64,000 bases of DNA from Vicugna vicugna (GCA_013265495.1 MU063892.1:5861308-5925307); one strand, 5' to 3'; counted from the stretch's first letter, positions 25,871 to 39,109 are shown. The notes: generated by a model not told the origin, from the letters alone. A program made the numbers and translations.

Positions 25871-26994
25871 TTAAGCTCTGAAATGAGACCTGGGAATACA
25901 GCTGATGAACCAGGTTCCTCAGCCAGCATTTCATTCAGAGCATTATGCTAGACACCATGGAAAGAATTAGAAATAAATCAGATGTGGTTTCTGCTTCAGA
26001 ACAGATTGGGGTCCAGCAGTGGGCTTACATCATCAGAGAAATAAGAACCCTGTATACAGCGAGGTTATAATTAAGCCACTCTATGGGATCTCCAGGCTGG
26101 AAAAGGTGTTACACATCTTTTCATCTTTGTACGTAAGTCTTATACTCCAGGCCTTTGCCATTCTCACCAGATTCCCACATCCCTTTTGGATTTGGAAGCC
26201 AAGAATTGATCACAGCCTTGCAGTGAGGGAAAGACCCATACTGTCTCACTCCAGCCAAAAGTTCTCATGTGTGGTGTAAGGGAATCCCCTTCTTGGTCTA
26301 GCCTGGAGGTCTCAGTGCAATTAATATTGTTTGTAAGTTGCAAGAAGTAACACCTAAAGCCTCCCTATTGATGGCCAAGCCCCAATGAATTTCTCAGATG
26401 TGTTGGATTATTTTTCCTCAAGTGTCCACATGCAGTATCTGCTGAGTTCATCAGCAGCAGGAAGTGGGATCAGTGAAAACACCAAGAGAGAGTGTAGGGG
26501 ATGTGGCCTGTGAGCAGAGCTGGAAGAATAAAACCCAATTTCTCAGTATGTTCTGTCTACAGAACTTTGATTTTAAAGAAGTGAGGTTTTTTTTTTTTTC
26601 TGCATTGACTACCACAGTTGGAAAAAAAATAACCAACCTTCCATTCCAATGAACCACAGAAGCAATTTATAACAGATTACCCTGGTAGGAAATTAACCAT
26701 ATGTCCTGAAAAAACATGGCAAGGAGTTGCCTCAATTTGTGTGAGGGGCAATCATCCTGGCTTCCTCCGCCTGTGTGGGGCGGTGGTGGGGAAGGGCGCA
26801 GGGGCGGTAGTGAGACACGCTGTGGTTACTGGCATGCAATGGCGGTGACTGTGGAGGCCCCTCCAAAGGCCAGATGCCAGCTTGCATCTGCAGAGTCAGC
26901 AGGAAGGACAAAGAACTAGGGAAAAAGTTCACTGAGATGGTTGAGCTATAAGAATCCTCATGGATCTCCTGACCCACAGGTCTCCAAACCTGTT

Positions 26995-27066
26995 GGACAG
27001 CAACTTCAGCTGGGAAATTTTTAAAACAGTGATTCCTGGAGTACACGTCAGACCTGCTGAATCAGA
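26995..27066 (+). mobile_element. MER5A hAT fragment
   Basis: cagctgggaaatttttaaaacagtgattcctggagtacacgtcagacctgctgaatcaga. Confidence 0.65.
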
Positions 27067-27189
27067 GTTGACAATCATGAGGCTACAGACGCCTGTTAAA
27101 CAGTCCCTTTGTGCTAGAACTGGAGAAGCAAGAGCTAAAGAAGGATCATGATTTGCCCACAGACAGCAGCGACGTTTGTCAGAAGCCAG

Positions 27190-27660
27190 AGCATCAGACT
27201 CCAGCCCAGAACTCCCTGACTGAAGTCTCTCTTCTCTCTAAACTCTTCACCTCCACCTCCTCCACTGCTCCAGCCTCAAGGAATGGTCCCACCAAGCCCC
27301 AGAACTCAAATCAGACACTTGGGTGCTACTATCACTCTGTTTCACCCTCCACATGAAAACCATGCCCGCTCTGGCTAATTTTACCAGTTCATAGTGATCA
27401 AATGGATGCCTTCCCCCTTCCCACCACACTTCTCCATGTCAACCACCACCGTCTCTCACATGAACTACTGCAAGAGCTTCCTAACTCGGATCTCTGCCTC
27501 TGGTTTGGCCACTCTGTCCACGCTCCACGCTGAAGCTAAGGGGAGCTTTGTAAAGCGCTGAAGCGTGGGTCTGATCTCGTCGCTCCCCTGTATAACACCT
27601 TTCAATGGCTTCCAAAGAATGAAGACCTGAAGACTTTGACCAGCCTTTCATAACTGACCT

Positions 27661-27693
<33 letters not shown>

Positions 27694-27830
27694 CCCCCAT
27701 TTTTGGCATTTCCCCAACTCACCTTACATCTCCTGCAACACAAAACTTCTATTCCCTTCTGGGTGCCATTCAGTTTCATTCCTTCACTCATGAATTCCTT
27801 CTCTTAAGTGCCTTTATCCTCATCCCCTCT
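27190..27830 (+). mobile_element. L2 fragment containing a 31-nt poly-T run (27663-27693)
   Basis: ctccagcccagaactccctga..., ctcacatgaactactgcaagagcttcctaac, gctcccctgtataacacctttcaatggcttcc. Confidence 0.7.
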
Positions 27831-28239
27831 CTCTGACTGCCCCCTCCCCCCCCCGCACACACACTCTAATAGACTCTAATATATTCCATGGCTTCACTCT
27901 ACAAGGCTTAAAGGCTCTAAGTGCCCCCCATGAGAAGTCTCAAGAATGAAACACATGACTTGGTATTGTAAGTACTTAAAAGTGTGCTTTTTTTTTTAAG
28001 GACCAAATCACCTTCTCCTGAACTAGACTGATGGACCTAATCCCTAATTAGTAATTCCTATTTACTCTCCATGCAAACCACTTCCTGTGAAATGTGATTT
28101 TGAGAGACCCCAGTAACCCAGCCAATCCTTGGCCACCTGAAGTAATCAGCGCAGTCCAGGTCCTTCGCCCTCCCTAGATGCCCAGTGCTCTGTAAGCTAC
28201 ATTCCAGGTTCATGAGCAGTGCCCTGGGATTGGACAAAT

Positions 28240-28430
28240 CATACCTCCCATCTGACTAGACATTCACCTTTGTGCGGTTATTGAATCTTCACAAACACCT
28301 TGAGAGGGAGATGTTAGTGTTCTCAGTTTTACATTTGAAGAAATAGGCTTGGAGAGAGCAGTACCTAAGAGTACACAGCCACTGCAGAACAGAGCTAAAA
28401 CTCGAATCAGATCTGTGTCCCCAAAGAGTG
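28240..28430 (-). mobile_element. MIR SINE
   Basis: ttgaatcttcacaaacaccttgagagggagatgttagtgttctcagttttacatttgaagaaataggc. Confidence 0.7.
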
Positions 28431-29059
28431 AGTCCTACCAGTTAGCATCACGCCTCTCTGGCTAGTGCTTCGCTGGTCACTGGAAAATCAGAAAACAAAG
28501 GAGAACTTTAACAAATAAACCAACATGTCTCCCACCCTAGGACACTTTAAAGGGTTTAGCCTAAAACACCAATAAGTGTCCTTCTTTCTTCCAGTGCCTG
28601 GGTTCTGTCGGGCTGATATGCAGTAAGGGAAGGGGACACAAATTCAAGCTGGCACACTCCTTACAAAGAAGCTCGCCCACGTAGGTCACATAATGAATGC
28701 CCCTGGGTAACGAGGATCCCAAGCAGCCGTGTTGACAGAACCTTCTTGATCAGCCATATATGCTCATTCAGTCATGAAGAAGGCAACGGTTATTTTCAAC
28801 TGCAATTCATCTGACCCTCCCCAGCCTTTCCCTCTCTTTGCTGTTGGTACCATCCCCACATACAGCCCATCCCCACGTTACAAAGGCTCCACACTCAGTG
28901 CAGTAATATAATCTGAAGTCATAAATTTGCGAATCTCCTGCTTTTTGATCTTTGGTGAGAAAAAAAGTTAACATTTTAAAACATTTTATATGCAAAATTA
29001 GAATACACATATTCTCCTTAATTCTTTAAAAAAATTAAAATACCAAGAATTGAGGACCA

Positions 29060-29197
29060 TGGAGGGAAGTAAGTACCTTAACGCACGGATGGTGAGGATT
29101 CCACACAACCTTTCTAGAGGGTGACTTGACACTACCTAGAAAAATCTAGAAAAGTGTATACACTTTGACTTAGCAGTTCTATTTCTGGGGATTTTCT
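29060..29197 (+). mobile_element. L1ME fragment abutting MER58A
   Basis: caacctttctagagggtgacttgacactacc...tatacactttgacttagcagttctatttctggggatttt. Confidence 0.65.
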
Positions 29198-29201
29198 AAA
29201 C

Positions 29202-29415
29202 CAGGGATATCAAACCATGGGGCCACAGGCCAAATCCAGCTGGCTAACTTTGTAAAGTTTTCCTGGAACACAGGCAGACCCATTCTGCTACATGTCATCT
29301 ATGGCTGACGGTGTTACAAGGGTAGAGTTGAGACGTTCCAACAGAGATCACATGACCCACAAAACCCAAAGTATTTACTATCTGGACGTTTATGGTAGAA
29401 GTTTGCTGACTGTTG
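29202..29415 (+). mobile_element. MER58A hAT-Charlie MITE
   Basis: cagggatatcaaaccatggggccacaggccaaatccagc...aaacccaaagtatttactatctggacgtttatggtagaagtttgctgac. Confidence 0.88.
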
Positions 29416-30822
29416 CTACAAGGTCATGAAAACATCATAGGGCCACTGCTGTTTCAGGTCCTTGCGTGGGCCACCCATGTGCTTCTTCTCAGGACAGGCC
29501 TTCCACACCTCGGCCCCAAGCCTGTGGCCATAATGTCCTTGGGTTTTCAGACCCAGAGGTCTCCAAGCTCAGCTTGTTCTGCACCATCTGGAGCCAAAGG
29601 GCCAAAGCACTGCCAGGGGTGCCGAGCTCAGGGCTCACCTGCCTGCCCATGATGCAAGGCCTTCTTCCCAGCCTAGAACTCCTCACAGGGGTCCTATTTT
29701 TCCCTTCCATTTAGATACTTAGAAATAAAAGTTCTCATTTTCCTTCCTTTTCTGAACAATTTGAGAGAATCCAGATCACCATAACAGAGAAACATAAGAT
29801 CTGCGAAGCTGGTTTCCTCTCACAAGGAGCCCCGATTGCCTCCGGTGGCAGAGCTCTCCTTCCATTCGGGGAAAGGGAGCCGCATTCTTGCCTCAAAAGT
29901 GAATCATCATCCTAACTTACCCATCATAGCTTCTGCCTCTTTTTTCACCAGAAGAAACAAAAATGTTAAGTACTTAACATGGCACCCTGCTCTATGTATG
30001 TATTCATTTTATAATTGAACAAGCAATAAGGCTATTTCAAAAATCTAATAAAAAAAGAAAAGTCTAATTCACAAGGCGTTCTTAGGACCAGTTAAGATTA
30101 TGCAAACAACTGGCTTTTATAAATTCTAACATGCTTTATAAATACAAAATGAAATTATTATGAATAAAATGAGATATTCTAAAACAAGTGGGGATTATTT
30201 GCGTTCAAAAGTCATCTTTATAGCCTGCCATAAATTTCATTTAAAGAATTAAGCTCACCCAAAAGCAAATCCCACAAAAGGAATAAACCATATATACAAA
30301 TAAATGTGTATATATGCATCCTTTTCTCCCCTAAAGATGTCTTCTGAGACTTTAACAGATAAAACAGATGAAAACAAGGCTGTTCTTTCAAACATAGCCT
30401 TCCTCACTAAGTATCCCCAGATTTACTGAACATCTCAGAAAGACCCTTGAGTTCTGCAGAATTAACAAAAAAAAGAGAACCACCAGTTCTATAAATTATG
30501 GAAAGCTGACACGGGGAGAAAACTTAGGGACTATTTTGAGCCCCTTCCTCATTCCCCAGATCAAGAACTCATTGCAAAAGAAAGCAGTACTCCGCTCACA
30601 GTCACAGAGAGCTCACTGGTCAATGGAATGAGATTCAAACTTAAATCATCTGCCTCCAGAAGTAGACTCTTCTCCACTCCCTTTCCCTCCCCTCCCACTC
30701 CCCAAAAAGGAAAAAGCAGAAACATTCCTGAGATGTAAAGTGAGATCCACCTGGAGAAGAATGAAATGATTTTAGGTCAAAAAGGGAAGGGCGACTACCT
30801 GAAGACCCTCCTGAGAGCTTTT

Positions 30823-30959
30823 TTTTTTTTTTAACATTTTTATTGATTCATAATCATTTTACAGTGTTGTGTCAAATTCCAGTGTTCAGTACAATTTTTC
30901 AGTCATACATGGACATATACACACTCATTGTCACATTTTTTTTTTTTCTCTGTGATTTA
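30823..30959 (-). mobile_element. Short young L1 3'-end insertion with 14-bp TSD
   Basis: Same sequence as the 9424 insertion; TSD tcctgagagctttt at 30809-30822 and 30960-30973. Confidence 0.92.
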
Positions 30960-32069
30960 TCCTGAGAGCTTTTAAGAGACCAGGTCGCCCTCCTCTGAGC
31001 AGGAGGCAACCAGCACATGCAGAGCTGCCAGGCCCGCACACCGTTCATCACTCCCTTCTGAACCACTTTCCAGACACACGTTGGACTCCACTTCCTGACA
31101 GGTTGTATACTGTTTCCGTCTCTGAGCTCAGGGCTCATTTTTCTCCCATTTATGGCCCTGCCTTACTCCTTGGCTAAACAGTAACCACAGTCCTCCTGCT
31201 CTGCCTGATCCAACCCAGGCCATGGGCACCGGCACACTCGTCCCCTATGGGTGGTCCCGCCAAGATCGTACCCTCCCAGCAGGACTGTCAGGACTGACTG
31301 CAGGCTGCTCCTGCAAGACCAAAGCCCTCCACTGAGCGAAGGAGAGGCTCAGGCTTCTTGCCTCACTCCCCAGGAGCACCCGTTAACTGAATTTTGCCCT
31401 CACAACTGGAGGGTCAGCACCTATGGTGTCACCAGATGATTCACACGACATACGTAAACTGGGGCACCTCCCACTCTGCTGGCAAGATCTGCCCTCACAT
31501 TAATTTAATATCACTTGGCACTTACGAAAGATCTTTCAGCCCTAAAATTGACTCAGAAGCACATGTTAATTGACTAGACTTGCCGGCTCCAGATAGTTTC
31601 ACTCTACCTCCCAGGCCTCTGGGTGTTTATCCAAGATACACCCATGCTCCGGGCGGAAAGTTCAGACTCTGACTTGGAGAGCTGATGAGGGCTCAGGGCA
31701 TCCCAAGGTACCCAGCTTGCCGTCTGGACCCCAAGAGATGGTCTGAGCCACAGGACTCCCTCTAGCTGAGTCTCGAAGGAGCCGTTTCCAGGAGTCTCAG
31801 AGAAACAGAGACGGAGAGAACTTTAAATTCAGAGCGATTGTGTTTCAAAATCCAGAACACCGACTGGAGAAATACATACTCTCCCAGCCCCAGGTATTTA
31901 ATAGGCAAAACAGAAATGGTACTACCTGAATGAGCTGATATTAGGATGGAAGATAAAGAATCTGACGGCTTCAGGGCGATACCTGGCACCTAAGAAGTGA
32001 CACTTGGTGATCGTCTAATGTTTTATATGGCATAACTGACAAAACTGTGACTTAGGTCTAATTGCTACC

Positions 32070-32150
32070 GTCAGTTTAAGATGGGGAAACTGAGGCACAG
32101 GGAGATTTGAGGCACACGGATTTGAGCCTGGACAGCCTGGCCTGTGACCT
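32070..32150 (-). mobile_element. MIR fragment
   Basis: tttaagatggggaaactgaggcacagggag. Confidence 0.65.
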
Positions 32151-34659
32151 CTGAGGATAGTGGTTCTCCAGGAACGGCAGTGCCAACATCACCGTCGTAC
32201 CAAGGAGAGTGTTCAGCCCTTCTGACGTAGGGATCGGCGAGGATGCACCCCGTTCCCTGCTGCCCTATGCCTGGCCCCTCGGTGATTTTCTTAAATTTGA
32301 ACAAACAAAATTTCACATGGGTTTTACATTTTCTAAAAATAATCATAATAAACGATCAGAAAGATAGTGGGTTTTTTTTTTTCCTTCCTGTTTTCAGTAG
32401 TTTTGGGCCATCTGTACGAAGAGAAAAGTCCTGGAAATGGGCAACCCGCTTTTGTTGAGCCCCAGCTGTGCTCTCCTCTCCTGCCTCCTCTGTGGAAACT
32501 GTTTTCTCACCTGCAAAAATAGGATCATTGCATCTTAACTCAAGGGGGTGCTGGAAAGGAAAAAGACGATGTTAAGTTTCTCTGTTAACTCAGAAGTTCT
32601 CAGATTCCTTTAGCGGTGTGACTTGCGACAACTTCTGAGTGATTTACTGAGACCAATGTCCGTTTGGAGGGAAGCGGGCATAAACTCTCCACCCCACAGG
32701 GTCCTGAATTTACCCAAGCTCCCCGAACACTTGGCAGTTCTGTCTCTTTCTCCTCTTTGGCAGAAACGTTACAGCCGTTAACTTGTTCAGTTAACCTGTT
32801 TGGCGGAACTAACTACTGCCAGATCCTGTGTGAGGCTATGAAAACACCAAGATGAATAAAACACAAACCCTGTGCGGGAACCCCCCCACCATGTGACACA
32901 CGCAATGGTGGCCGAACTGCTTGGGAAATAGAGTGATTAATTGTGAAGGGAGTCAGGACAAATTTCAAGAAGGCAAACTTCCTGGCTGGATTTTAATGAT
33001 TGAATATGTTGGATGAGGGTTTGGGGACCGTAGTGAGGGCTGCGCTGGGCTTTCTGAGCAGAAGCAACTGAGCACGGGAAGGTAGGCATGCATGAAGCAT
33101 CACGATGTAATGAGACGACTGCTAACACCTCTGTCTGTTAGAGTTAACCACAGCTGGGGGTGGGGCGATGCTAGGCGGGCAGAGCTGGATCCGGAAGGGC
33201 CTTGGATGCCCAAACTCAGCAGCTTGGAATACCATTTCCTTCTGTGTTCAGGATGTACAGACATGCTACCTTGCCTGGATCATGGCCCTCTGAACCCTAG
33301 GAGCTCCTGGCCCTCTCATACCTGGTTCTCTGACAAGACACATCTCCCCTCCACCAAGTCACCTTCATCCAGGCCCTGAGTGGGGTCTGCCCCTCCCCTC
33401 CAGCACGCCCAGCACCCCCTCCCACAAGGTACCTGAAGTGCTTACGGCAGCAGAAAGTGGGTGCTCCCCAGAGCAGTGGAAAAATAAGCTGCTGAAAGGT
33501 TTATTTCCCTGCTCAGAATATTTTTACAAAGCAAATCCACAAAGCTTGTCACCACACACTCAACTATTTTTAAGCTTCCTGAACAGATCTTCTGGATAGG
33601 CCTTTGGGGACAGTAAGTGGCGGCAGGGAGGTGGGAGTTGCTCTTGGCTTTGGGTAGGCTGGGTCTTCTGGGAGCCCTGGATTTGGTTTGGCCGGGGAAC
33701 ATTTCTGGGGGAGGGAGCAGGGCTGAAGTGGAAGCAATTACCCGCCTTGTCTGGTGTGCCTTATTCATCTTTTATGACCAACAGGGACCCCAACTCCTTG
33801 CCTTCCAAGGGAGCAGGGGCTGCCAAGAGAAATGAAGCTCAGGGTCCGCCTTCTTCAAGGCCACTGTGTCAGGGCCCCGGAAGGCAGACAAGGGGCTTTA
33901 GCTGGTTTTGTGCCAGATGCGGGGCCTGGGTCATGACTCAGCCGAACAGATTGCTCTCTCTTCTCCCACACTGACCAAAGCCCCAGCCAGATGAGGCCGG
34001 TGGGCGGATGGCCGAAAAGCCAGTGAGGGCAGAGCTGTGTGGGTGACAGGGCATTCTCAGAGTTTCCAACAATGACGTTTCTCAGCTCCTGAGGTCGCAA
34101 AGCCCATCCAAACACAAGGTCAAGGGAAAATGATCCAGGTTTTTCTGGGAACTCAGGTTGACTTTGTCACATTTGGTCTAAATAGTGGGGAAGAGCAGTT
34201 GTTTATAAAAGACAAGAAGTAACAGAACATTCATCAGGCAAAGCAGGGGACCTCAGACTGAGTGGGCACAGCACTTATAGTACAGTCCATGTGCCTGTTC
34301 AAACAGGGTTTACAAGATGTGGGCCATGTGTGCTCCTCCGTATCACCTGGCGGGGTCTAACACCTACATGCTGCCGAGTGGATACTGGGATGCAGAGCTT
34401 CTGAACCCAAGCTAGGACTCTATATGTATGTATCATACAACGTATGCTGAGAAAGTTTCAAAGAGTATGTCAAGTAACAGAAGTGCAAAGAGCACGGCTT
34501 CTCTGAAGCTCAGAGAGGTGATATAAATTGCTGAATGAAACAAAACCTGTAAATGGCAAAGCCAAGCTTTCAAACAGTCAGGACCCAAACATGTGGTTTC
34601 TCCCCCCTTATTTATACTGTTCTCTTGACTTTTATTTTTTTTAGGTTGGTAGTTCAAAA

Positions 34660-36032
34660 CTTTCTCTTTTTCTTCTTACCGAAGTATAGTCAGTTTACAA
34701 TGTTGTGTCAATTTCTGGAGTACAGCATCATGTTTCAGTCATACGCATACATACATGTATTTGTTTTCATATTCTTTTTCACAATAGGTTTCAACAAGAT
34801 ATTGAATATAGTTCCCTGTGCTATACAGAAGAAACTTGTTTATCTGTTTTATATATAGCAGTTAGTATCCATAAATCTTGAGCTCCCAATTTATCCCTCT
34901 CCACCTCCTTCCCCCTCTGATAACCATTAAGTTTGTTTTCTTTGACTGTGAGTCTGTTTCTGTTTTGTAAATAAGTTTATTTGTGTCATTTTTTTTAGAT
35001 TCCACATATAAGTGATATCATATGATATTTTTCTTTCTCTTTCTGGCTTACTTCTCTTAGAATGACAATCTCCAGGTNNNNNNNNNNNNNNNNNNNNNNN
35101 NNNNNNNNNNNNNNNNNNNNNNNNNNNNNNNNNNNNNNNNNNNNNNNNNNNNNNNNNNNNNNNNNNNNNNNNNNNNNNNNNNNNNNNNNNNNNNNNNNNN
35201 NNNNNNNNNNNNNNNNNNNNNNNNNNNNACTATTGGGGTGCATGTATCTTTTCAAATTAGAGTTCCCTCCAGATATACACCTAGGGGTGGGATTGCTGGA
35301 CAGTATGGTAAGCCTATTTTTAGATTTTTAAGAAACTTCTATACTGTTTTCCATAATAGCTGCACTAAACTACTTTCCCACCAGCAGTGTAGGAGGGTTC
35401 CCTTTTCTCCACACCCTCTCCAGCATTTATCATTTGTGGACTTTTTCATGATGGCCATTCTGACTGGTGTGAGGTGATACCTCATTGTAGTTTTGATTTG
35501 CATTTCTCTGATAATTAATGATATCAAGCATTTTTGTGGGTGTGTGCCTATTGGACGTTTGTATGTGTTCACTGGAGAATTGCTTGTTTAGATCTCCTGC
35601 CTATTTTGGGATTGGGTTGTTTGTTTTTTGTTATTAAGTTGTATGAGCTGTTTGTATATTCTGGAAATCAAGCCCTTGTCAGTTGCATCATTTGCAAATA
35701 TGTTCTCCCAGTTCCTTGGTTATNNNNNNNNNNNNNNNNNNNNNNNNNNNNNNNNNNNNNNNNNNNNNNNNNNNNNNNNNNNNNNNNNNNNNNNNNNNNN
35801 NNNNNNNNNNNNNNNNNNNNNNNNNNNNNNNNNNNNNNNNNNNNNNNNNNNNNNNNTAAATCTTTAAGCTGTTTTGAGTTTATTTTTGTGTATGGTGTGA
35901 GGAAGCGTTCTAACTTCACTGATTTACATGCATCTGTCCAGCTTTCCCAACACCAGTTGCTGACGAGACTGTCTTGTCTTCATAGTATATTCTTGCCTCC
36001 TTTGTTGAAGATTAACTGACCGTAAGTGTAAT
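34660..36032 (-). mobile_element. Lineage L1 (ORF2 C-terminal region + 3'UTR), two N gaps
   Basis: ORF 35339-35572 [46 protein letters not shown] is the ORF2p C-terminal Cys-rich region; ORF 35668-35919 [15 protein letters not shown]. Confidence 0.93.
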
Positions 36033-36289
36033 TTTCGTTAGCACTCAAATTGGATATTGTGTTCCCATCTGGCATACTTTTGAACTTTGCTGGGATGTAG
36101 GGCACTTACTTGCTCTGAGAAGATTTCTTTTCAGCTAAATCAGGTATCGGATATTATTACTCTGAAAGGTCATAGGCTGTTGCCCTCCTTAGAGGCTACT
36201 TCTCTGCGTGTCCCTGCCCCTGCCCACCAGCATGCTCCTAGGACGTCATCTTTCCCCTCTACTCTTGTCCTCAGTCCCAGGGCCAAATC

Positions 36290-37025
36290 CTTGCATCCCC
36301 AGGATAAATCCCACTTGATGGCAGTGTATGATACTTTTAATATATTGTTAGAGTTGATTTTCTGGTAATTTGTTGAGGATTTTGCATCTATGTTCATTAG
36401 TGATATTGGCCTATAATTTTCTTTTTTCTGTAATATCATTGTCTGGCGTTGGTACTGAGCCAAGTTAGCCACCAACAATTTTCCCCTATATGTCTGTCAC
36501 CAGCGTCTACATCCCCAAGGTGAGCCCCAGCCTCTCTAGGAGACTCTCCAAGACCAGCAGGTAGGTCTGGCCCAGCTCCTGTCAAATTACTTCTTTTGCC
36601 CTGTGTCCCAGTGCATGTGAGATTTTGTGTGCGCTCTCTAAGTGTGAAGTCTCTATTTCCCTCAATCCTGTGGGGCTCCTGCAATTAAACCCCTGGCCTT
36701 CAAAGCCAAATACTCTGGGGGCTTGTCTTCCCAGTGCTGGACCCCCGGGAGCCTGACGTAGGGCTCAGAACTCTCGCTCTTGCGGGAAATCTATGCAGTA
36801 TAATTACTGTCCCATCTGTGGGTTGCCCACGCTTGGGGTATGGGACTCGATTATGTCGCAAGTCCACCACTCCTACCAGTCTTGCTGTGGTTCCTTCTTT
36901 ATGTCTTTAGCTGTGGAAGATCTTTTCTGGTAGGTTCCAGGCTTCTTCATCGATGGCTGTTCTGCAGATAGTTGTGATGTAAGTGTGCTCGTGAGAGGAG
37001 GTGAGCTCAGGGTCTTTTCCTCCTC
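36290..37025 (-). mobile_element. L1 5'UTR (36480-37025) joined to an ORF2 RT-start fragment (36290-36455)
   Basis: Minus-strand start gaccctgagctcacctcctctcacgagcac...ctatctgcagaacagccatcgatgaagaagcctggaacctaccagaaaagatc resembles the laurasiatherian L1 5' end; translation ENYRPISLMNIDAK. Confidence 0.8.
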
Positions 37026-37064
37026 CCTAAGCTTCGTAACAGTCTGTCAGGGAGGCCAGCTAAA

Positions 37065-37215
37065 ACAGCATTCCTAGAGGCTGGGAAGTCCAAGATCAAA
37101 GTACAGGCAGATTCAGTGTCTGTGAGAGGCGCTTCCTACTTCAGTAGACGGTCATCCTCTCACTGTGTCCTCCCATGATAGAAAGCACAAGGGAGCCCTC
37201 TGGGGTTATTCTCTT
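37065..37215 (-). mobile_element. MLT1A/B/C-type LTR fragment
   Basis: ttcctagaggctgggaagtccaagatcaaagtacaggcagattcagtgtctgtgagagg. Confidence 0.75.
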
Positions 37216-37554
37216 TCTCTCTTTCCAAATGTACGGACCCTCGTAGCCCAGTGTGGCCTCTACCTCGTGCTCCTGCCTGTCACCAGGCCTGTTCCCACAT
37301 TGCCCAGTGTGGCTTTTTCTTAAAAACAAGAAAAGAGTTCCCCAGAAAGCTTCACAACCTGGTCCCGTTTCCACCTCTAAACCAATCACTGGCAAAGGGA
37401 ACGGACAAGAAGAAACTAAGAAGGATTTTCTGCTAGAGCACAAGATAAGATCACCCTCCCTGAGCATTACGGGAGTGGGCTGACATCTGAAAAAGATCAG
37501 AACTGTAGATGCAAGAAAATGAGGAGAAGGAATTTAGTATACCTATATTCATCA

Positions 37555-37875
37555 CTGGCTGCACTAACAATCTACAAATCTCGGTGGCTTCTTTTTACCA
37601 AAATCTATTTCTCATTTACTCTGAGTATGATGTAGGCCTGGCAGCTCTCCTTTACGGCTCTCCCTCAGGGATCTGGGTACCCAGAACCCTTTCATCATAT
37701 GTTTCTGCCAGCTCAAAGCCTCCCTTTCCAGCTGCAAGGATGAAGAGTTGAGGGGAGGCACAACTGAGACTTAACCACCCCTCCTGGAAGAGACTGCATC
37801 ACTTCCACTCAGATTTCATTGGTCAGAAATAGTCACATGGCCAACCCCCATGCAGTAGAGGTTGGGAAATGTTGA
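37555..37875 (-). mobile_element. MLT1J/K-type LTR
   Basis: ctgcactaacaatctacaaatctcggtggctt...catcacttccactcagatttcattggtcagaaatagtcacatggccaacc. Confidence 0.7.
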
Positions 37876-38869
37876 GGAGGCACTGGGTGTCAGTAACATT
37901 AGCAAGTTCCAGGCCAGTGGGCAAGTCACAGCACCATGAGTGTATTTCCTTCACAAGAGTTGTCTCATGGGAGTCTCCACTCTTAAAAAAACAAAATTGA
38001 TCAGATGTTCTGACTTTATAATTAATTGTTCCTTAAACCTACAACTGTTCCATACCAACTCTTCCAATCATGTTCAATGTATAATATCTGTGCTTCCCTC
38101 CTGATGCAATTCCTTTCCTCCAGGGTTTACTTAAAACATAAATGATAGTGTAATATGCAGAGAATATAATTTTTTCCCATTGCCCAAAGAAGACATCAAG
38201 GATTAAAGCTTTTTTCCTTGTTATTTACCCATTTCTTTTTATCTGCTTTGATTTAACATCCCTGTATGTTATAATCTAACAGCCTTTAGTCTCAGAATTC
38301 CATTTCCCTAAGTTAAAAAAAACACAATTCTTGAAGATTTTTTAAAAATAAAACTCTTCTTCCTCATCATTTTCTCTGTTTTGGCAGACAAGCAAGAATT
38401 ATGTCATAGGCTTGTGGTCTGGGTCTCCTTGACTGAGGCTTGTCAGAGATGCAGCTAAGAATGAGGAAATTTGGATGTTTTCCAGTTGAATTCTATGGTT
38501 TTCTTCCTGTGGTAGCCTTTTGCCTCCAGAAAATTCTAGGGAAATCCAGTGTGGGCCATGCTGACAGGAAATTAAAGGTTCCAATTCTATCCCCAGTAGA
38601 GAGCAGGCCTTGTCGCTTAACCACAATTAGTTAATGGAGAGAAAGAGGTCTCTTTGCTTGATTCAAAGACACAAGGACATGATCAAGTTCTGAGTGCCCA
38701 CAGGAGATCCAAGGTCAAGAACTATAAATAGGAAATTAAAAGAAACAGTCTCTAATTCGAATGACTTTTTCTCCAGTGGATTTTGAATTTTCCAAACTGG
38801 CACTCTTAATACTTCCCTGTTTTAACTGAAATTACCATTTACCTCCATGAAAAGAGCCTGGGCCCCAAT

Positions 38870-39100
38870 GTCAGACTGAAGTTGATCGGGAAAGTTGCAT
38901 TTGTACCCAGCTTTGCTAAGAACTAGCTCTGGGAACTTGAGCAAAACAGTTCCCTCTGTGAGTCTATCCCCGTATTGAACAATAGAGAAATTTTAGGTCC
39001 TGTCCAATGTGAGGGACCACATCTAGTTTACCTCTGTGTCTCAGCACTTAGCACATGGTCTGATTCTTGACAGTATAATTAGTAATTGTGGAACAACAGA
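38870..39100 (+). mobile_element. MIR fragment followed by an L2 3' end
   Basis: cccagctttgctaagaactagctctgggaacttgagcaa; gagggaccacatctagtttacctctgtgtctcagcacttagcaca. Confidence 0.55.
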
Positions 39101-39109
39101 TGAGTGACA

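Noticed and set aside
27111-27356. Protein-looking ORF ELEKQELKKDHDL...
   Set aside because: Most of it lies in an L2 fragment and there is no good donor site
27663-27693. 31-nt poly-T as the tail of a processed pseudogene
   Set aside because: No adjacent mRNA-like body and no TSD; it sits within an L2
31765-32285. Plus-strand exon candidates (ESRRSRFQ...SQPQ; NGSANITVV...WPL)
   Set aside because: Weak or average splice sites and no recognised protein; consistent with chance
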